From: Octopus vulgaris
Lineage: Eukaryota
Direction of reading: 5' to 3'
NCBI GenBank assembly: GCA_951406725.2
Contig: OX597825.1
Span: forward strand, 43,648,001-43,712,000
Length of the DNA stretch: 64,000 nucleotides
Made by a program: the position numbers and the translations under genes. Position 1 is the first letter of the stretch; the number at the start of each line of letters is the position of its first letter. This document shows positions 36,606 through 51,709 of the stretch, one piece after another. A model generated the notes under the pieces. It saw only the letters and a list, made by a program, of their open reading frames with translations, did no database searches and was not told where the DNA came from.

Positions 36606-39123
36606 CTGGAATTTACAAAAAGAAAACAAAACATATATATATATATATATATTTATATACACACACCCAGACATACATATACATACATATATGCAAGTAT
36701 GTGTATGTGCGTATGCATGACAGAAAAAGAGACAGGCACATAGAAAATATGTTATTAAATTATTAATGGGAACTTTTATCGTTGCTTATGATGATGTTTA
36801 AATAGAATTTTTATTTCGTATCAAACCCCTGTTTTGTTACCTTAGACATTTATGGAGCGTTCTCTCATAGTTTAGCTGAGTCAACACTAATATTCCCCTA
36901 TCCAATAGATATACAAAATCACATATCGTACGAAACAAGGTTCGTATCATTATACCTTTTGATCGTAAGTTTTGTTGATAAAATAAGTGACCCAGAGACT
37001 TCATATTGTCACTAACTTGAATTTGTTGTGTAATGCAAAATAACAATTTGTATTTTTCATGCATTATTTTATACTCACAAGAAATAAATCAAACCGAAAA
37101 GGCGAGGAATTAAAAACGAAACAAAGCAACAGAAATTCTCTCTTCAATTAAAAGAAAATCAAACTTAGAAAATGATACAGATGATTACCGAATTCATCGA
37201 GTTACTACTTTGCATATCTGAGATTTAAACATCATTGAAGTGGCTTAAAGAAGTTAATGATTCGATTCAGAAAACATGTTGATGAATATTTTAAGTTTAC
37301 ATACTAGATTGGAAAACATTTTAGAATTATGCAAACTAATGTTTTAATACGGATTTCTCCTCTTCATGTTTCCATTGTGCTACACAATGCCTGCCGAATT
37401 AAGATTCGTTTTCTTTATTAGTGTATTCCCTGTGTAAGACTGATGTAACTACGTGTTCAGTGATTGTGAATATATAGCGATAATCCTTGTTAATATAATT
37501 AATTACCTGTAAATTCATTTAGAAAGCATATTTTTAACATGCACACATCTGAATCTGACAGCCGTAATTCTCTGTTCAGTATTCCACTTTTTAGCCATAT
37601 ATTTATGATTGTGTAAATACATCCCTAAACTCAAATTTCAATGGACCAAACTTCAGAAATTTTGTATTTTTCCGAAAAATTATCGTTCTGCTCTTGTGAA
37701 TATTATGAGCATTTCTGGTGCAAGTAGAAGCCTTTCGATTATAAAAAACAACAAAAACAGAATAGATTGTACAGTTTCCGCGGCTTTTTCAAGAGAACCA
37801 GTGATGTGAATGACTACAAATACAAACTGAAACCAGGGAATCAAGAGAAAATATTACGCTTAACTAAATATATACCAAACGAAGTGCGTATCTACAGGAA
37901 AGAGCCATTTCCAAAATTCTAAACAAACTTATCTGGAGACTATTTTTAAGCTTATACCTACATTTATTGATTGGTAGTTTTCATTTGCTATGATAAATTT
38001 CAAACTTCGAAGACATTCCAAAAATACTGACATATTGTATTTCACATTTTTATTCATCACACAGCTTTTGCTTTGTTGCATGTTACTTGAAATTAAATCA
38101 TTATTTATCATGCAGTACATATGCTCCTTCAGTTTAGTGGAATATGCTATTTTAGAAGAATATGTTTATCCTCCACTAGGATCTCCAGATTCAATAAAAG
38201 TGGAAGTGCCAGATTTATATTTGTATCTTCACTCAATCTCTTTATCTCTGTAGATTAGTTTAAATATAAGAAACAACACAAAATTTCATACTATTTCATT
38301 CCCACATGAAGAGTCCATTTTTATTTTCTTCTCTCTTAGAAGACTATAAATATTCGCGCACACGAAGACGGCAAGGCGGCTGAATCCTTAACATGCCAGA
38401 CAAAATGCTTAGCGGCATTTCATCTGTCTTCCGTTCTGAGTACAAATTTTACCGTGGTCGACTGTGCCTTCCGTCCTTTCGAGGTCGATTAAATAAGTAT
38501 CAGTTTAATACTCGGGTTCATGTAATCGACTTATCTCTCCCCTAAAATTGCCACAAGTTAAACCAATATTCACACACGCGCAAATAAGATATGTAGATAT
38601 ATATACACGCACACACATATACAGCTATAAAAGTACATACGCACACACACACACGCGCGTATAGTTTATATGACAACCATATAATGTATTTAAGTATTCT
38701 GAACTCATTTTTTAGACAATCATACTTTGTACCACGACCTTACAGAAAAATGTTTTACTATAGATGTTAGAACATATACTATCACTGAATTACTCTTAAT
38801 TTTATCACGCCTAGTATGAGACTATGGGAGAGATCATTCTAATATGAACAATAAAGTATATATGTCTGTATGTTTTGTAATTGTTGAGCTATACAATGTA
38901 CGTTTTGTTTCGTTCAAAGAACACATCGAGGATTGTAGCTCTTTGTTAATGATAATCTTCATAGTTATTTGAAAATAAGCATTTATTAACACTAATAAAA
39001 TAATTATAATAATAATTATTATAATTATTCGGTGCCCCAGCATGGCCGCAGCTTCAAGGTTGAAACATATAAGAGAATAAAAGCATATAAATACAAACAC
39101 AAATTACATTGATAATATAAAAG

Positions 39124-39501
39124 TATTGTTATATTTTGGTGAGGGGTTCATTTTTTCTTGCCAAATAAACACACGCATTTTATATTCGTTCTTCACTTAT
39201 TTATTACTGTTCTTATTTGATGTCCACAAGCTGAAAATCTTTCGTCACACACCTGTGACCACTTCCATGACTTTCCATCTTACGTGTCTCCGCCTGTTCT
39301 GTTTAGTTCTGCTTAGTCCATTAGAATGGACTAAACGGAACAGGAAGAGACACGTGGGATGGAAAGTCGCTGAAACGGTGACGAAAGATTTCCAGAGAAT
39401 GCACAGAAAAAAGAATAGTAACAAACAAGTGAGAATGAGTATATAGTGCGTGTGTTTATTTGGCAAGGAAAAGAAATGACCGTCCCGGGATATAACAATA
39501 T
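39124..39501. repeat. ~380-bp imperfect palindrome (fold-back element)
   Basis: CTTGCCAAATAAACACACGCA / TGCGTGTGTTTATTTGGCAAG; AAATCTTTCGTCAC / GTGACGAAAGATTT; centre TTAGTCCATT-AG-AATGGACTAA. Confidence 0.85.
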
Positions 39502-40013
39502 CTGTTTCAAGTAATTAAACATAAAAAATTATGATGATAGCCTTGTTGCTAGTGACAGCAATGAAAATTAGAATAAAAAATATGAAATCAAAATAAGCAT
39601 AGAAATTTAAATTTAAAATAAACTAAGTCTAAGTAGAAATAAAGAAATGATGATTGAATCGAGACAGTTTGCTCGACAGAAAGATACAAGTTGGTAGAGG
39701 AAAGGTAGAAAGTTATAAGATAATGATAACAAAATTCAAATCACCATAGACCCCACACATCCTTCTGATGTAAATATCCCTTAGCAAAAACACTCAGTGA
39801 AGCCAGAACACTAATGCATCTTTGCCTGATGAAACGAGCACATGTATTAATGGTTCTCCTTAAAATCCATGGATTTTGAAAATCATGTTTTTGATTCCTA
39901 TGGATGGGGAATACAATGACTAAAGAATGGAGTTTGTGGAAATGTATATAGCAATGCATTAAAGGAATTATGGGATCTGTTCAGTTTCGCTCACACATTT
40001 TAAAATTATTTTC

Positions 40014-40537
40014 TTTTAACTAAACAGTTATATTGGTATAATTTTTCACTCTAAACACGGTTTGCTTTCAACATTTTTGACAAGATTTCGTATTTTAGAA
40101 GTTATTTCGTGTAAAAGTTGTCGTATTTGGGTAATTTTAACCAATCAGCGACTTGTATTCAGTTGAAAAAGCTACTGATACTTGCGGGAGTAATCAAAGA
40201 GGAACAACTTCCGGGTCATCTTTTTTAAATGTCGCCACTCTGTTCTATTCGTATGTCGAGCGAAGGGAAAGTGTTGCTCCTTGGTCATAGCTGGGATCTA
40301 TTCAATTTGACGGCCAGAGTTTTTAATTATTTTTTTTAACTAAACACTTTGAAACTTCGGATATTGGTAGAATTATTACATTGAACAGGGTTTACTCATA
40401 ACGTTTTTGACAAAATTTTGTATTTCAGAAGTTATTTCATGTTAAAGTTTTCGTATTTGGGTAATTTTAACCAATCAATGACATGTATCCAGCTGAAGAA
40501 AATTACTACTGCTGTTTGCGAACAACTTCCGGGTCCA
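40014..40537. repeat. Two diverged direct repeats with ~320-bp period
   Basis: GAAGTTATTTC..TCGTATTTGGGTAATTTTAACCAATCA..AACAACTTCCGGGTC occurs twice. Confidence 0.8.
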
Positions 40538-41560
40538 TTGAGGAAACGATAATATATATATATATATATATATATACATTAATAATAAGGCAGAAGTTAC
40601 AGAGAGTTTAATAAGTGCCAATGATATATATACATACATATATGTGTAAAAAAATCTCATCACACATGAGGTTTTGGAACCCGGGATAAAATACATCTTT
40701 AATGATTCATTACAATTGTTTTTGCACCAACTCTGCTTGCAACGCCAGTTTACGCAAAATTTGAAGTGAAAATTTACGTAAATGTGCGATTTTAGAGATT
40801 AGAGTGGCTCTTCTTCCGTAAAAGGTGCGCTCTAAACTTTGTGCGTCTCCCAGACAGTTTTTTTTTTTACTTATATAGGGAGGAAACAAAAGCAAATAAA
40901 ATTATGGTTAGGAGATAAATAGTTAGTATAGAGAACATGCGAGAAAGGGTGAAAAAGAAAGAAAGAAGAAGAAGAAGAAGAAGAAGAAGAAGAAGGAGGA
41001 GGAGGAGGAGGAGGAGGAGGAGGAGAGTAGAGGAGGAGGAGGAGAGTAGAGGAGGAGGAGGAGGAGGAAGAGGAGAAGGAGGAGGAGGACTAGGACATGA
41101 TGACGACAAGTATGAAAATGAGAAGAAAGGAGGAAGAAAGAGGAAAAGCAAAAGAAAGCTAAACAGGATTAAATATAGGGGTTAATTTGCAGAATTGCTG
41201 AAAATCTATCTTTATACCCTACCAGGACCTTTTACACATATATACGTGAGTGTGTGTAGTAACGAAATTTGTTCATGCATGTGACAAATAAGGACATGAG
41301 AATAGGTGCAAGTGGATGCAGAGAAGCTCCGAGAAGAATCGAAACCCTTGCAGTGTTTCAATGTGTTACGGCTGCGGTGATATTCGTTTCGTTTCGATAC
41401 ATACTGTATTAGTAAAACCAGATGTCTATGAAGAGATTCTTTCTCGGACAAAAATCACAGCAGCATGACTTTCAACGGTGTATATTTACATTTAGTATGA
41501 TACACAAATCGTTATTTTAATTCATTCTCTTATAATTTTTCACCGATATGTGTGCGTATG

Positions 41561-41601
<41 letters not shown>

Positions 41602-42024
41602 CTGTATAGGTGTAAACACAATTTTTTCTTCTGTCAAGAACCCCCTTAGAGTACCCACCTAGTTTTGCCATTTTTAAAGGTCAAGAATCAACTCATCACT
41701 TTCTATTTCAGAGACACAGGCACATACTCACAAACATTCACACTCTCTCTCTCTCTCTCCCTCTCTCTCTCTCTCTCTCACTGGACAATGATGATGACAA
41801 TGATAATAAATCCAAACATTTTTTTGAAAAATAACTTTTATCAAGACCCCACTCAGAGTAGGCACCTGGTTTTACCATTTTTAAAGGCCGAGAATCAACT
41901 CATCACTTTCTATTGAAAGAACTGACCAGCTGTAAAAATGTAGGCAAATTTTTTCTTCTTTCTCTCTTCCTTCTTTCTTTCCTTCCCTTTTCCATTGACA
42001 CTCCTTTCAGATACTCAGACACAG

Positions 42025-42061
<37 letters not shown>

Positions 42062-42621
42062 TACACATACACACACAAACACACACACACCCTCTGTCAC
42101 TTTCTCACTATTCCTCACCCTCTTTTACTATCCTATATCTCTCCCCACCCCTACACACACAATAATAATATAAAACGAAAGGAACCATCTCAAACACATC
42201 CCAATCTGAAGAGTCTACTACAGTAGATGCAAGCGCTAATATATGATTTATAAAAACATGTGACATATTAATAAAAATCTGTAAATATAAAACCATTCAG
42301 GTTTCTGAGTGCCTTATTTCTTCTAATATATAATACCTGTACATCACTTCCAAACCTTCTATTAGTTGCGGGGATGTAAATACACCAACGTCGGTTGTCA
42401 AGTGATTGTGGGGGGGGGGACGAACACAGATACACAAATACATACCTATATATAGATATATATATACGACGGGATTCTTTTAGTTTCCCTCTACCAAGTC
42501 TACTCATAAGGCTTCAGTCAGCCCGAGGCTATAGTAGAAGACACTTGATCAAGATGCCACGCAATGGGACTGAACCCGGAACCATGAGGTTGAGATTAAG
42601 GTTCCTACCGCACAGCCACTC

Positions 42622-42747
<126 letters not shown>

Positions 42748-43554
42748 ATATATATATATATATATGCAAATAAGTACGAAGGATACCCAGGTATTAGTGC
42801 ATTACAGCCGTTTCAAGTGGCTCCATCTGATCAATCAATGCAAGCATTAAATCAATTTGAAATAAACCGCTTTCCCCGGGTGCATAAGAGTGTATGGGTC
42901 TTCAATATGCAGGATACTTCGTTATAATTTTTTAGCAAATTTTTCCATCAGAACTAAAGATTAAAAGAATTACACTACTACTACTGTAGCAGAATGAATT
43001 TGGGGAGAAAATACTTAAAGCCTACTATAATTTAAAGTGACAGAAGCAAATAACAGTAGGGGTCAAGAAAGAATAATGGTGATATAGCTACATTCATCTT
43101 TATCCTTATTACAATCAAAAGATCCAATGCAGCAAGTATTCTGCAACCACTTAGAATTAAAACTATTCGGAATTGACAGTTAAGTTCTTTCTGCTGTTGA
43201 TAAATTAATTAATGCCAGGTACTCTTCATTCCCCCTATTTTGCTGCAACTACAAATTTGCCATGTCTGCATAAAAGAATATACTTCAGAAGATGCTAGCA
43301 AGATAATGGTATATAGGTGATAACCAGAAAGAAGAAGGGCAGGGTTGACTTAAACTATAATATGATTATCGAAAAATGCATAAAAAAGAAAACAAAGGTC
43401 ACAATGAGATCTAAGTAGGCATCAAGGGTACAGGGGGAAAATATATATCCAAACTTAGCGAAATTTATATATCATTATATTTTGTATATTAAATGATAAA
43501 ACTTAGAAAGGGATTTAAGGACTAGGTAAGAGAAGAAGGACAAAACAATCAAGT

Positions 43555-43790
43555 AACGCGTCGTCTTATAACTTGTTCTTTGCTGTCACAGCATAAAAGC
43601 GAACTAAAAGCGAACTAAAAGCGAAAATGGATTCTTTCAACAATAGCAAGCGTTCTGCATGGTGGTTGCATAGAGACGAAGAGACAAAACACAATCCGAA
43701 ATCCGAAAAAGAATATTCATCAAAAAAGGGTAATGGTGTCTATTTGGTTGCCCAGCGCTGGTGTCATCCACTAAAGCTTCATGAGACTTT
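43555..43790 (+). pseudogene. Mariner transposase fragment
   Basis: NSKRSAWWLHRDEETKHNPK, homologous to 63525-63875. Confidence 0.75.
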
Positions 43791-44066
43791 TGAGTGGGAT
43801 TGCATATATCATTTCATTAAATCCACTATAATTTCTTATTAAATAAATGGCTAATATGAAACTGGAGTCATTTGGCCTTGGACGCAAGAATGCCTACATT
43901 AAATTTAACACAATATTTAAAAGAATAAATGCCAACACCCTGGAAATACAGGAAATAAAAATTGAGACAAGAAAATGGAAAGAAGGAAGTAAATTGCTAA
44001 AAAAGAAGGAGCCAGTCTAAAGCTGACTCCTCCTGAAGAACTGATAAAAAAAATGTAGCGAAGAGG

Positions 44067-44590
44067 ATGGTAGTATACAGGACGTTGTCTACGTCCTCGA
44101 ACAAGATAGCGGTTGCCCCGAAAGAAGCAATAGAGGAGTGCCTCGAAAAAGTTAAAAGGTTGACCACATTCTATAGACGTGGGACGAAGTATGGCACTGT
44201 GGAAGTAAGGTTTGGCAACGAAAAAGATACTATAAGCCACCCCACAGAGCTGTTAAGAACACCGGAATGGGTACTACTTTCGACGTACTGTGGCAAACGT
44301 GTTGCCAGAGTGAGAGTTGGAAGAGTGCCCCCCGAAATGAAGGGAGAATGGCTGGTAGCAGCGATAATACACGGTGCGGAGGATGAGGCGAAAATCCTCA
44401 AGATAACAAGGACCAAAAAGGTCAGTTGGTGAGGGTATGGCCTCGAGATGGCCATGCAGGTGTCTTTGAAAGACTTGTATGATATGAAAAAGGAAATAAT
44501 ACTCCCGGAAGACATCAGACTTCGAATAACAGTAGAAGGAAGACCGCCAACATGCTTCCTATGCGGCAAAAAGGGCACATGTAAGTAAGG
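44067..44590 (+). pseudogene. Gag-knuckle ORF1-like relic (Tx1/L1-type)
   Basis: RVRVGRVPPE..WL; downstream RITVEGRPPTCFLCGKKGH (CX2CX4H knuckle); stop codons present. Confidence 0.6.
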
Positions 44591-45410
44591 TGTCCCTAGA
44601 AGGAAAACGAAGAGGAGAAGAAAAGTGAAGAAAACAATACCGAAGAGGTAGTACCAGTAAAAGAGACAGATAGGAAAAAAGAAATAGGTGCGAAACACCA
44701 GCAGAATTAGTAGTGGAAGAAGGCACACAGGAAGAAACAGCATTACAACAGGTGGAAAGAGGAAGCGTTTATAATTTTGGTTATGATGTTTCAGCATGCC
44801 CGGACAGATCAGGTCGGGAGCCGAAGCAGACGGAGGTGAAAACGAAGAAATACAAGTGGCATTTGGTCACGTATACCAAAAGTACACAAATAGAGAAAAT
44901 ATTGTAACATATAAATCGGCAATAAGAGTAAGGCTGCTGCCCGGAAAAGACTAAAGTAATCATCATAGATAAAAAAAAGATTTGAAACATTCAGCGAGAT
45001 GTTTAGAAGTTACATGGACCCGCTGGGGGGGGGGGGGGTGAAGTCGAGTTTGACGAGCTCCCACCGGTCGTGGAATTAGAAAATTTGAAACCCTTTATGA
45101 ACATTTAAAAGCAAGGGAGTAAAATTTGTCTTGTTTTTTTTAAAGGAAAATTGACTATTAAAAGTTGGGGGGGGGGGAAGAACGATACAAAACAAAAAAA
45201 GTAAAAGATTGTAAAAACGTTTGATTTAATTGTATAAAAGGAAATCACGGTTTCGTCACGGAGCGGGGCCGCTATGGCCGTCTCATATCATTGTATTATA
45301 TTCATTTACTCATTTTCACTTGTTGTTTGTCCCCGCGTGTCTATGTATGTCCCCTCTGTGTTTGGGCCTTGTGCCTAGAATAAAGAAATAACCTCTAGCC
45401 GAACAATTAT

Positions 45411-45455
45411 TCTGTGCTGATGAAGGGAAATAACCCGGAAATTGCGATACACAGA
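45411..45455 (+). ncRNA. Minimal type I hammerhead ribozyme
   Basis: TCTGTG-CTGATGA-A-GGG(AAATAA)CCC-G-GAAA-TTGCG-ATA-CACAGA; 6-bp perfect stem I. Confidence 0.8.
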
Positions 45456-47466
45456 TATTGTTTTAAGCTGAATGGGGGTGCTAGATTCCCTTGTTCGAAA
45501 ATATAAGGACACAGATCTCGTCGTATAGCCAGCTGGAGACGATGTCTCCTGGGGCTAAATTACAGCAACATTCGTCCAAAACTAGGACTACCATGTTATG
45601 TTGGCAATCAACCTTTACTACAATGTACTGTTGCTGAATATCTCACGTGAGATTTTAAAATAGTAATTTTCCAATCAGATATATTTTTATATAAATTTAT
45701 GTATTAAATCAATACTGATACCTTTTGAGCTACACCTAAAGCATGCTTTGTTATGTGGTGACGTTTGGAGTTAGTCCCAATAGTGTAGAATTTTATTATT
45801 AAAATTATTACCATATTCTTTAAGTATGCTAAATCCAAAGACTGACTGAACTAACTTAAATTTCACAACACATAGATCGTCTTATCTAACCTGCTTTAGA
45901 CGGTACAAAATTTACAGCTGCATCTATACATCATTGAGAAATATTTGAAAGGATCGATGATATTGATGTACATTTTGGTGACGCCTAAAATATTCTGAAG
46001 ATAAAATGTAAAACATATTTTGAGTAGTACAAAAAATATAAAGCGCATTTCAGCTGAGCTGATTAATAAATTACGATTGGATTATAATGAATGTACGTCA
46101 ATTTGAAATAATTTTCTTGATTCGTTACCATAAGGAGTCACAATTGTTGTTATTTATCCCACAGTCAAACCTGATCGAGCAAGATTATGATCTAAGACAT
46201 TTCAGTCATACCCATCCTGCATTTAAAGAAGCTCCTGTGACCAGGTTATCGAACTTGTCTTTCTTTTATGAAGAGAGTAGTATATAATTTGAGGATGTTT
46301 TAACAGCTACTTCGAGCAGAGTGAGCAATGGTGTAAATGTCTCCATGTTGGATTAAAATCAAACAATTGATTACTTAAATAGCTAAATTATTGATAGAAA
46401 TAAAGAAACGCAATATGAGAGTGAGTCTGCCTTTATTGGTAAAATGACCCTCCCAAGATACAATAATATTATTTATCCTGAGTTCAATATCTTTCCGGAC
46501 CCAAACATAAACAACTGTCAACAGTGGAAACGTGGATATTATTAGAAATTTGATAGCATCGTTGGTATCATCGTCGATATTATAGTTGACTTTGTTGATG
46601 TTATTGTTGTTGATGTTACAATCACTCTTATTGCTGTATCATCTTTGATAATACTGTTGATAATATTGAGGTAGTCGATAATACTACTAAAATGTATGAG
46701 AGTGTCACTGCTACTACTCCGTTGTTTGCATTGTTCTGCTCAGCAACAGTCTCTAAAAGTACTTATCTCTAATCAATATATGCAAGACTTCACACATATT
46801 TCACGAAATACAGAATTCTTTCTAAATTACTTTCACTCTACATTTCTCGTATAGTTAATACTTCTATTCGACAGTGTTTACTTCTGGTATAATTGATAGA
46901 CTGTTACCATTACGCACGCGAACGCGCACACATACATTTATGTGCATACATACATAAAAGAGTAATGTTGTATAATAAGTAGAATATATATAAAAAAGAG
47001 AATATAAATATAAGTAAATATAAATATAAGTATAGAATACATCTTACAGCTGTTTCGGCCATGTAGATAAGTATGTCTCATTTTACCAATACTTTTTGAT
47101 ACACCAAACATTTGAGCTATGTTCGTTATGCTAGCGCATGCTATACGAGCATCAACAATTTGACCTCATTGAAAGTCCGATAGATCTGTCATTTTAATGA
47201 ATTTTAATTACCTTTTTCTGATGATATCTGAAAAAAACACCAATTTTAGCAAAACATATTGAGTAACATTAATAATAAATCAAAAAACATAAAAATAAAC
47301 CAGCTTTTGACGGTTTTATAGATATTTCAAAACTATGATGCTAGGTGATTCCATTATTTTGTTCAGCCCATGTATATAATTAAAAAAAAAAAAACGGGGA
47401 ATAAGACAACAAGAAAAAAACAACGCGAGGAAGTGGTACACGCAAAGAGAATGAAAGAAAGAGTGG

Positions 47467-47505
47467 TTGTTTTACGTTTCGAGCAAAGCTCTTCTTCGGA
47501 AACAA
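47467..47505 (-). ncRNA. Ultra-minimal hammerhead ribozyme, CCGAAGA core
   Basis: Minus strand: TTGTTT-CCGAAGA-A-GAGC(TTT)GCTC-GAAA-C-GTA-AAACAA; stem III has no loop, so it would need a dimer. Confidence 0.75.
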
Positions 47506-48170
47506 GAGACATAAGGAAATCCAAAAGAAAAGGATGAAGGAGGTAAAAGATCGCCAACACTCCACGTGTAGTTACATTTTGGAATGACTGAAAGTAGATG
47601 GACAAAGAGAAAATGTTTTCTGGGACAGGAGTGTGAAGAATGGTTGATTTCTGCGTGTATGTGTGGATGTCTGTGCGGTGGTATGTGTGTGTGATAGCGT
47701 TTGTGTGTGTATGGTAGCGTGTGAGTGTAACAGTAACTGTGTGTGTGCGTGTGTGGCAGAAACTGAGTGTGTGTGGGTATGTACCTGTGGTGGTGGTGGT
47801 GGTGGTGGTGTGTGTGTGTGTAAGGTCAAATCAACTGGAACCATGTGTGTGTGGCAGTAAGTGAGTGCGTGTATTTGTGTGCGCGTGGTAGCGTGTGTGC
47901 AAGTAGTGGTAACTGTGTGTGTGTGTATGTATGTGTGTGTGATATTAACTGTTTACATCTGTTTATGTGAGCGATCTGTGTATATGTCTGTTAATGTTGT
48001 AATGAGACGTAGCAGCTATGGTAACAGGTGGATGTATGGGTGGTAGTGTGTTTTTGCATGGGATGGTCAGTAGTAGTTGGGGCAGTAGAAGGGTGTAAGA
48101 GCAGCAGTCTGAAGGATGTGTGAATGTGTGTGTGCGTGTGTTGTGTGTGTATGTGTGTATGTGTGTTTGT

Positions 48171-48279
<109 letters not shown>

Positions 48280-51200
48280 GGCACGTGTACGTAGATGGAC
48301 TGGGAAGAAGAGAGAGTGGAGAAAGAGAGAAAGAAATTGAAAAGCAGGATGAAGAGAAGTTAAGCTATTTTCGTAACAACGTACATAGCCTCTCCAGAAA
48401 TTGTTAAAGATTTTAAGCATTCAGTAGCTCAGATATTATATGCACTGCTACAATTCATTGAGAATCATTTAAGTAGTATTGTATACTCTCATTCTCTGCA
48501 ACATATGATATTACAAAGTTTAAAAAAGAAGTTTTAAAATGATAATTTATATAATTTATCACATAAAAATATTAATGAATAAATTAGCCGATACATAAAA
48601 ACCACATCATATTTCTGTAACAGATAATAAAAAAGTTTAAAAATGTAAATTAAAATTTCTTAAATATATGGCTTAAACTTCAGAAAACAATACTTGATAG
48701 GATTTTAAAGGGAAATGGTAATTTTTTCACCGAAAAACACTGAAGTTATAGATAAGAATTCCAACAAGCAAATGCTCAAAAATAAATGTCAAGAAATATA
48801 ATACATGGCTGTTTTGTAGATACAAAGAATAATTACTTTCAAAGTATATTGCATTAAAACCTAATGTTCTAAAGATAAACTGTAAGAATAACGAACCATA
48901 AACAATATGCAAAGATCTGTTAGAGAGGGAAAATAGCTAAATATGAAATTGAGAGAATAATGGTTATAATAATGGTAATAATAATGGCAGTAATAACTAT
49001 GATTGTACTGATGAGAAGGATGTAGTGCAAAATGGTTGATTAAAAAAGAATGTATAACATTGGGACAAGGTCATTCATTTTAATAGTGGTGTACATTTAT
49101 GTCGTTATATGACCGGTACCGTTTCTCAGCCCTAGTAGGATTAAAGACGAAGTTTCAGCGAGATTTAAATGAGAACACAAGGAACATAACCAAATACCGC
49201 GAGGTATTTGTCTTAGCCTCAATCGATTCTGGCCAATCAGTAGCCTCTTAATATAATAGATAACGATTTTTCGTTAGGGAGGAAGAGAGAAGTCGATTTT
49301 ATGTGACTGGTATTTATGTTATTGATCTCGAAAGGATAAAAATCTTCATCAACCCTGTACCCAAATCAAGGTGTAGTGTGGCTGTTGGTTAAGAAATTCA
49401 TTTTTTTCGTGCTTTCCATTCAATCATACTGCGTGGAATTTAGGACAACTGTCCTCTTTTATTATTTTCTGAACTTTTAAAGTTCTATGGGTAAAATTCG
49501 TTAGACATTCACATTGGTTTCACACATGTCTTTACCCAAGCTTTAATCATCAACAACGTTTAAATGTATTTTAATCAATAATCACAGAAACCCTGATCAT
49601 AAATATAGAAACAATATTAACTATAATGATATAAGAAATTATCCTACGTTTTCTACATTACCTTTGAACTTGTAATAGCGAAAGCACAGTTGTAATGTAA
49701 CTAGGTAATCTTCAACTTGACGTACACATGCACACACAGAGTTAGAACTTCACATACATATAAGAGAACAACGCTTCATGATGTTTGTTTAATAATCGTG
49801 TTGGGTTATGTGATAGTATTTGTATAGATTCTTTCATGCATAACAAACACGGACAATTTTGGCCCATGTATAGAGGACCAACTTATATTTTGTATACATA
49901 AATTATTTAAAACCTTTCGATTTTCCCACAAATTTAGATGCTGTAAGACGAGCCATGCTGTAGAATACTCTTACACCATTACCTTCATTTTAAACATGGT
50001 AAAGATATGGCACATACTTAATTAATCAAATTAGTATATTCACCTTATCTTACTTTATTTTTTCTTCTGTTTTAACTCATCATACAACGATTAATTCCTA
50101 TAGCGGCCATTTATTTTTTCATTCTTTACCTAGCTTATAATTCATATATTATTTCAGTTAAACACTATTTACCTTATTCAAGACGGCGAGCTGGCAGAAT
50201 CATTAACTTGCCGGGCAAAATGCTTCCCAGCATTTCATCCGTCTCTACGTTCTGAGTTCAGATTCCAGCTGTCTCGACTTATCCTTTCGAGGTTGATAGA
50301 ATAAGTACCAGCTGAGTTCGACCTGAACGACTTATTCTTCTCTCGAAATTGCAGTCCTTGTACCAGAATTTGAAACCAATATACTTATTTTATTTTACAC
50401 TTGCCCGTCATACCACTCTTTATTCGATCTAGTGATAACTTAATATTTTATTCTCTCCCAATGAACTTACACTTTCAAAATTATTTTTGTAGCTGGTACC
50501 ATTATAACCCGTTGAAGTTAACTCCTGGTCTATTTACATCTTTATCCAATTAGGCTTCCTCCTAAAACTCGGTATAGTTATTTCTTCCCCTCCACACACA
50601 CACCATTCTGGAATCACTATGTTATTGTCTGAAGGCTCTATCGTGTTTGCAACCCACAAGCGCTGCCCCGCTCCTTGTGGCTTCTGTTAATTCTGACTCG
50701 CACTAGACGGTGCCACTACAATTGGGTTTTTGTCATGTATATGGATTTCCTCATACCTTACCATTAAACCACGCCTTCCCCACTTCATTATTCCCTGGTC
50801 TTTCATGCATATGTGTGTATACGTGTATATTATATGTGCGTATGTGTATGTATATATATTCCTCTATACCAGTTACTTTCTATCTATTTTCATGCATTCA
50901 TGACTCTCTCTTTCTTCTATACTATCCTCTATTCCTTGCAGTCCTTCCACTCATAATCTGCTTCATTCTATCTTCGACAATGGAATTAGTAACTACTAAT
51001 ATTCTTTATTAAGAATATTCCTTAACTCATCGTCTTTGAAGAAGGAACTGTTGGCTCCTTGAGATATGCAGCATACGCACAGCTATTTTAGAAACAGCTC
51101 TATGACACTTTATGCACAACTTCTTAATCCCTTATTCACTCTAACAACTCCGCAATTATGTTTGAATTATAAATTCACCATTCATTCTCTCTTTCTAACA

Positions 51201-51627
51201 AATTTATTCGTTCAGTGATAAACCACTGTTACCCATTCATTACTAGACAGCTACAACAACACTTTTGTTTTAATCGCAGTTAAAGTCAGATTTTTTATAG
51301 TAAACCAGCCAGAGAACTTATTGCATATCCCTATTACATTACGTCATAAGACAAAATTTCCCTGTACTATATATAGTATATATTAAATGTGTAAATATGT
51401 ATGTATGCATATTTGTATGTATGTATGCATGTATGTATGTATGTATGTATGTATGTATGTATGTATGTATGTATGTATGTATGTATGTATGTATGTGAAA
51501 GTGTGAAAGAGAGAACATAATGTATCGGTTTTTGCACACTTTCTTGTCACAGATGTATACACACATGTATTTATCATACCAGCTGATATATACATAGATA
51601 CATACATGTGTGTGTATTTATATAAAC

Positions 51628-51688
<61 letters not shown>

Positions 51689-51709
51689 AGTGAAAATAGC
51701 CAGTGAGAT

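Noticed and set aside
37600-38260. Possible host exons or transposase relic
   Set aside because: Stops in all frames and no family motif I could recognise.
39826-39845. CTGATGAAAC (also CTGATGA at 47218 and 62045)
   Set aside because: No stem II or stem I pairing; chance core matches.
41634-41914. Two ~75-bp direct repeats as a CRISPR or LTR pair
   Set aside because: Only two diverged copies around a microsatellite, in a eukaryotic context with no internal coding.
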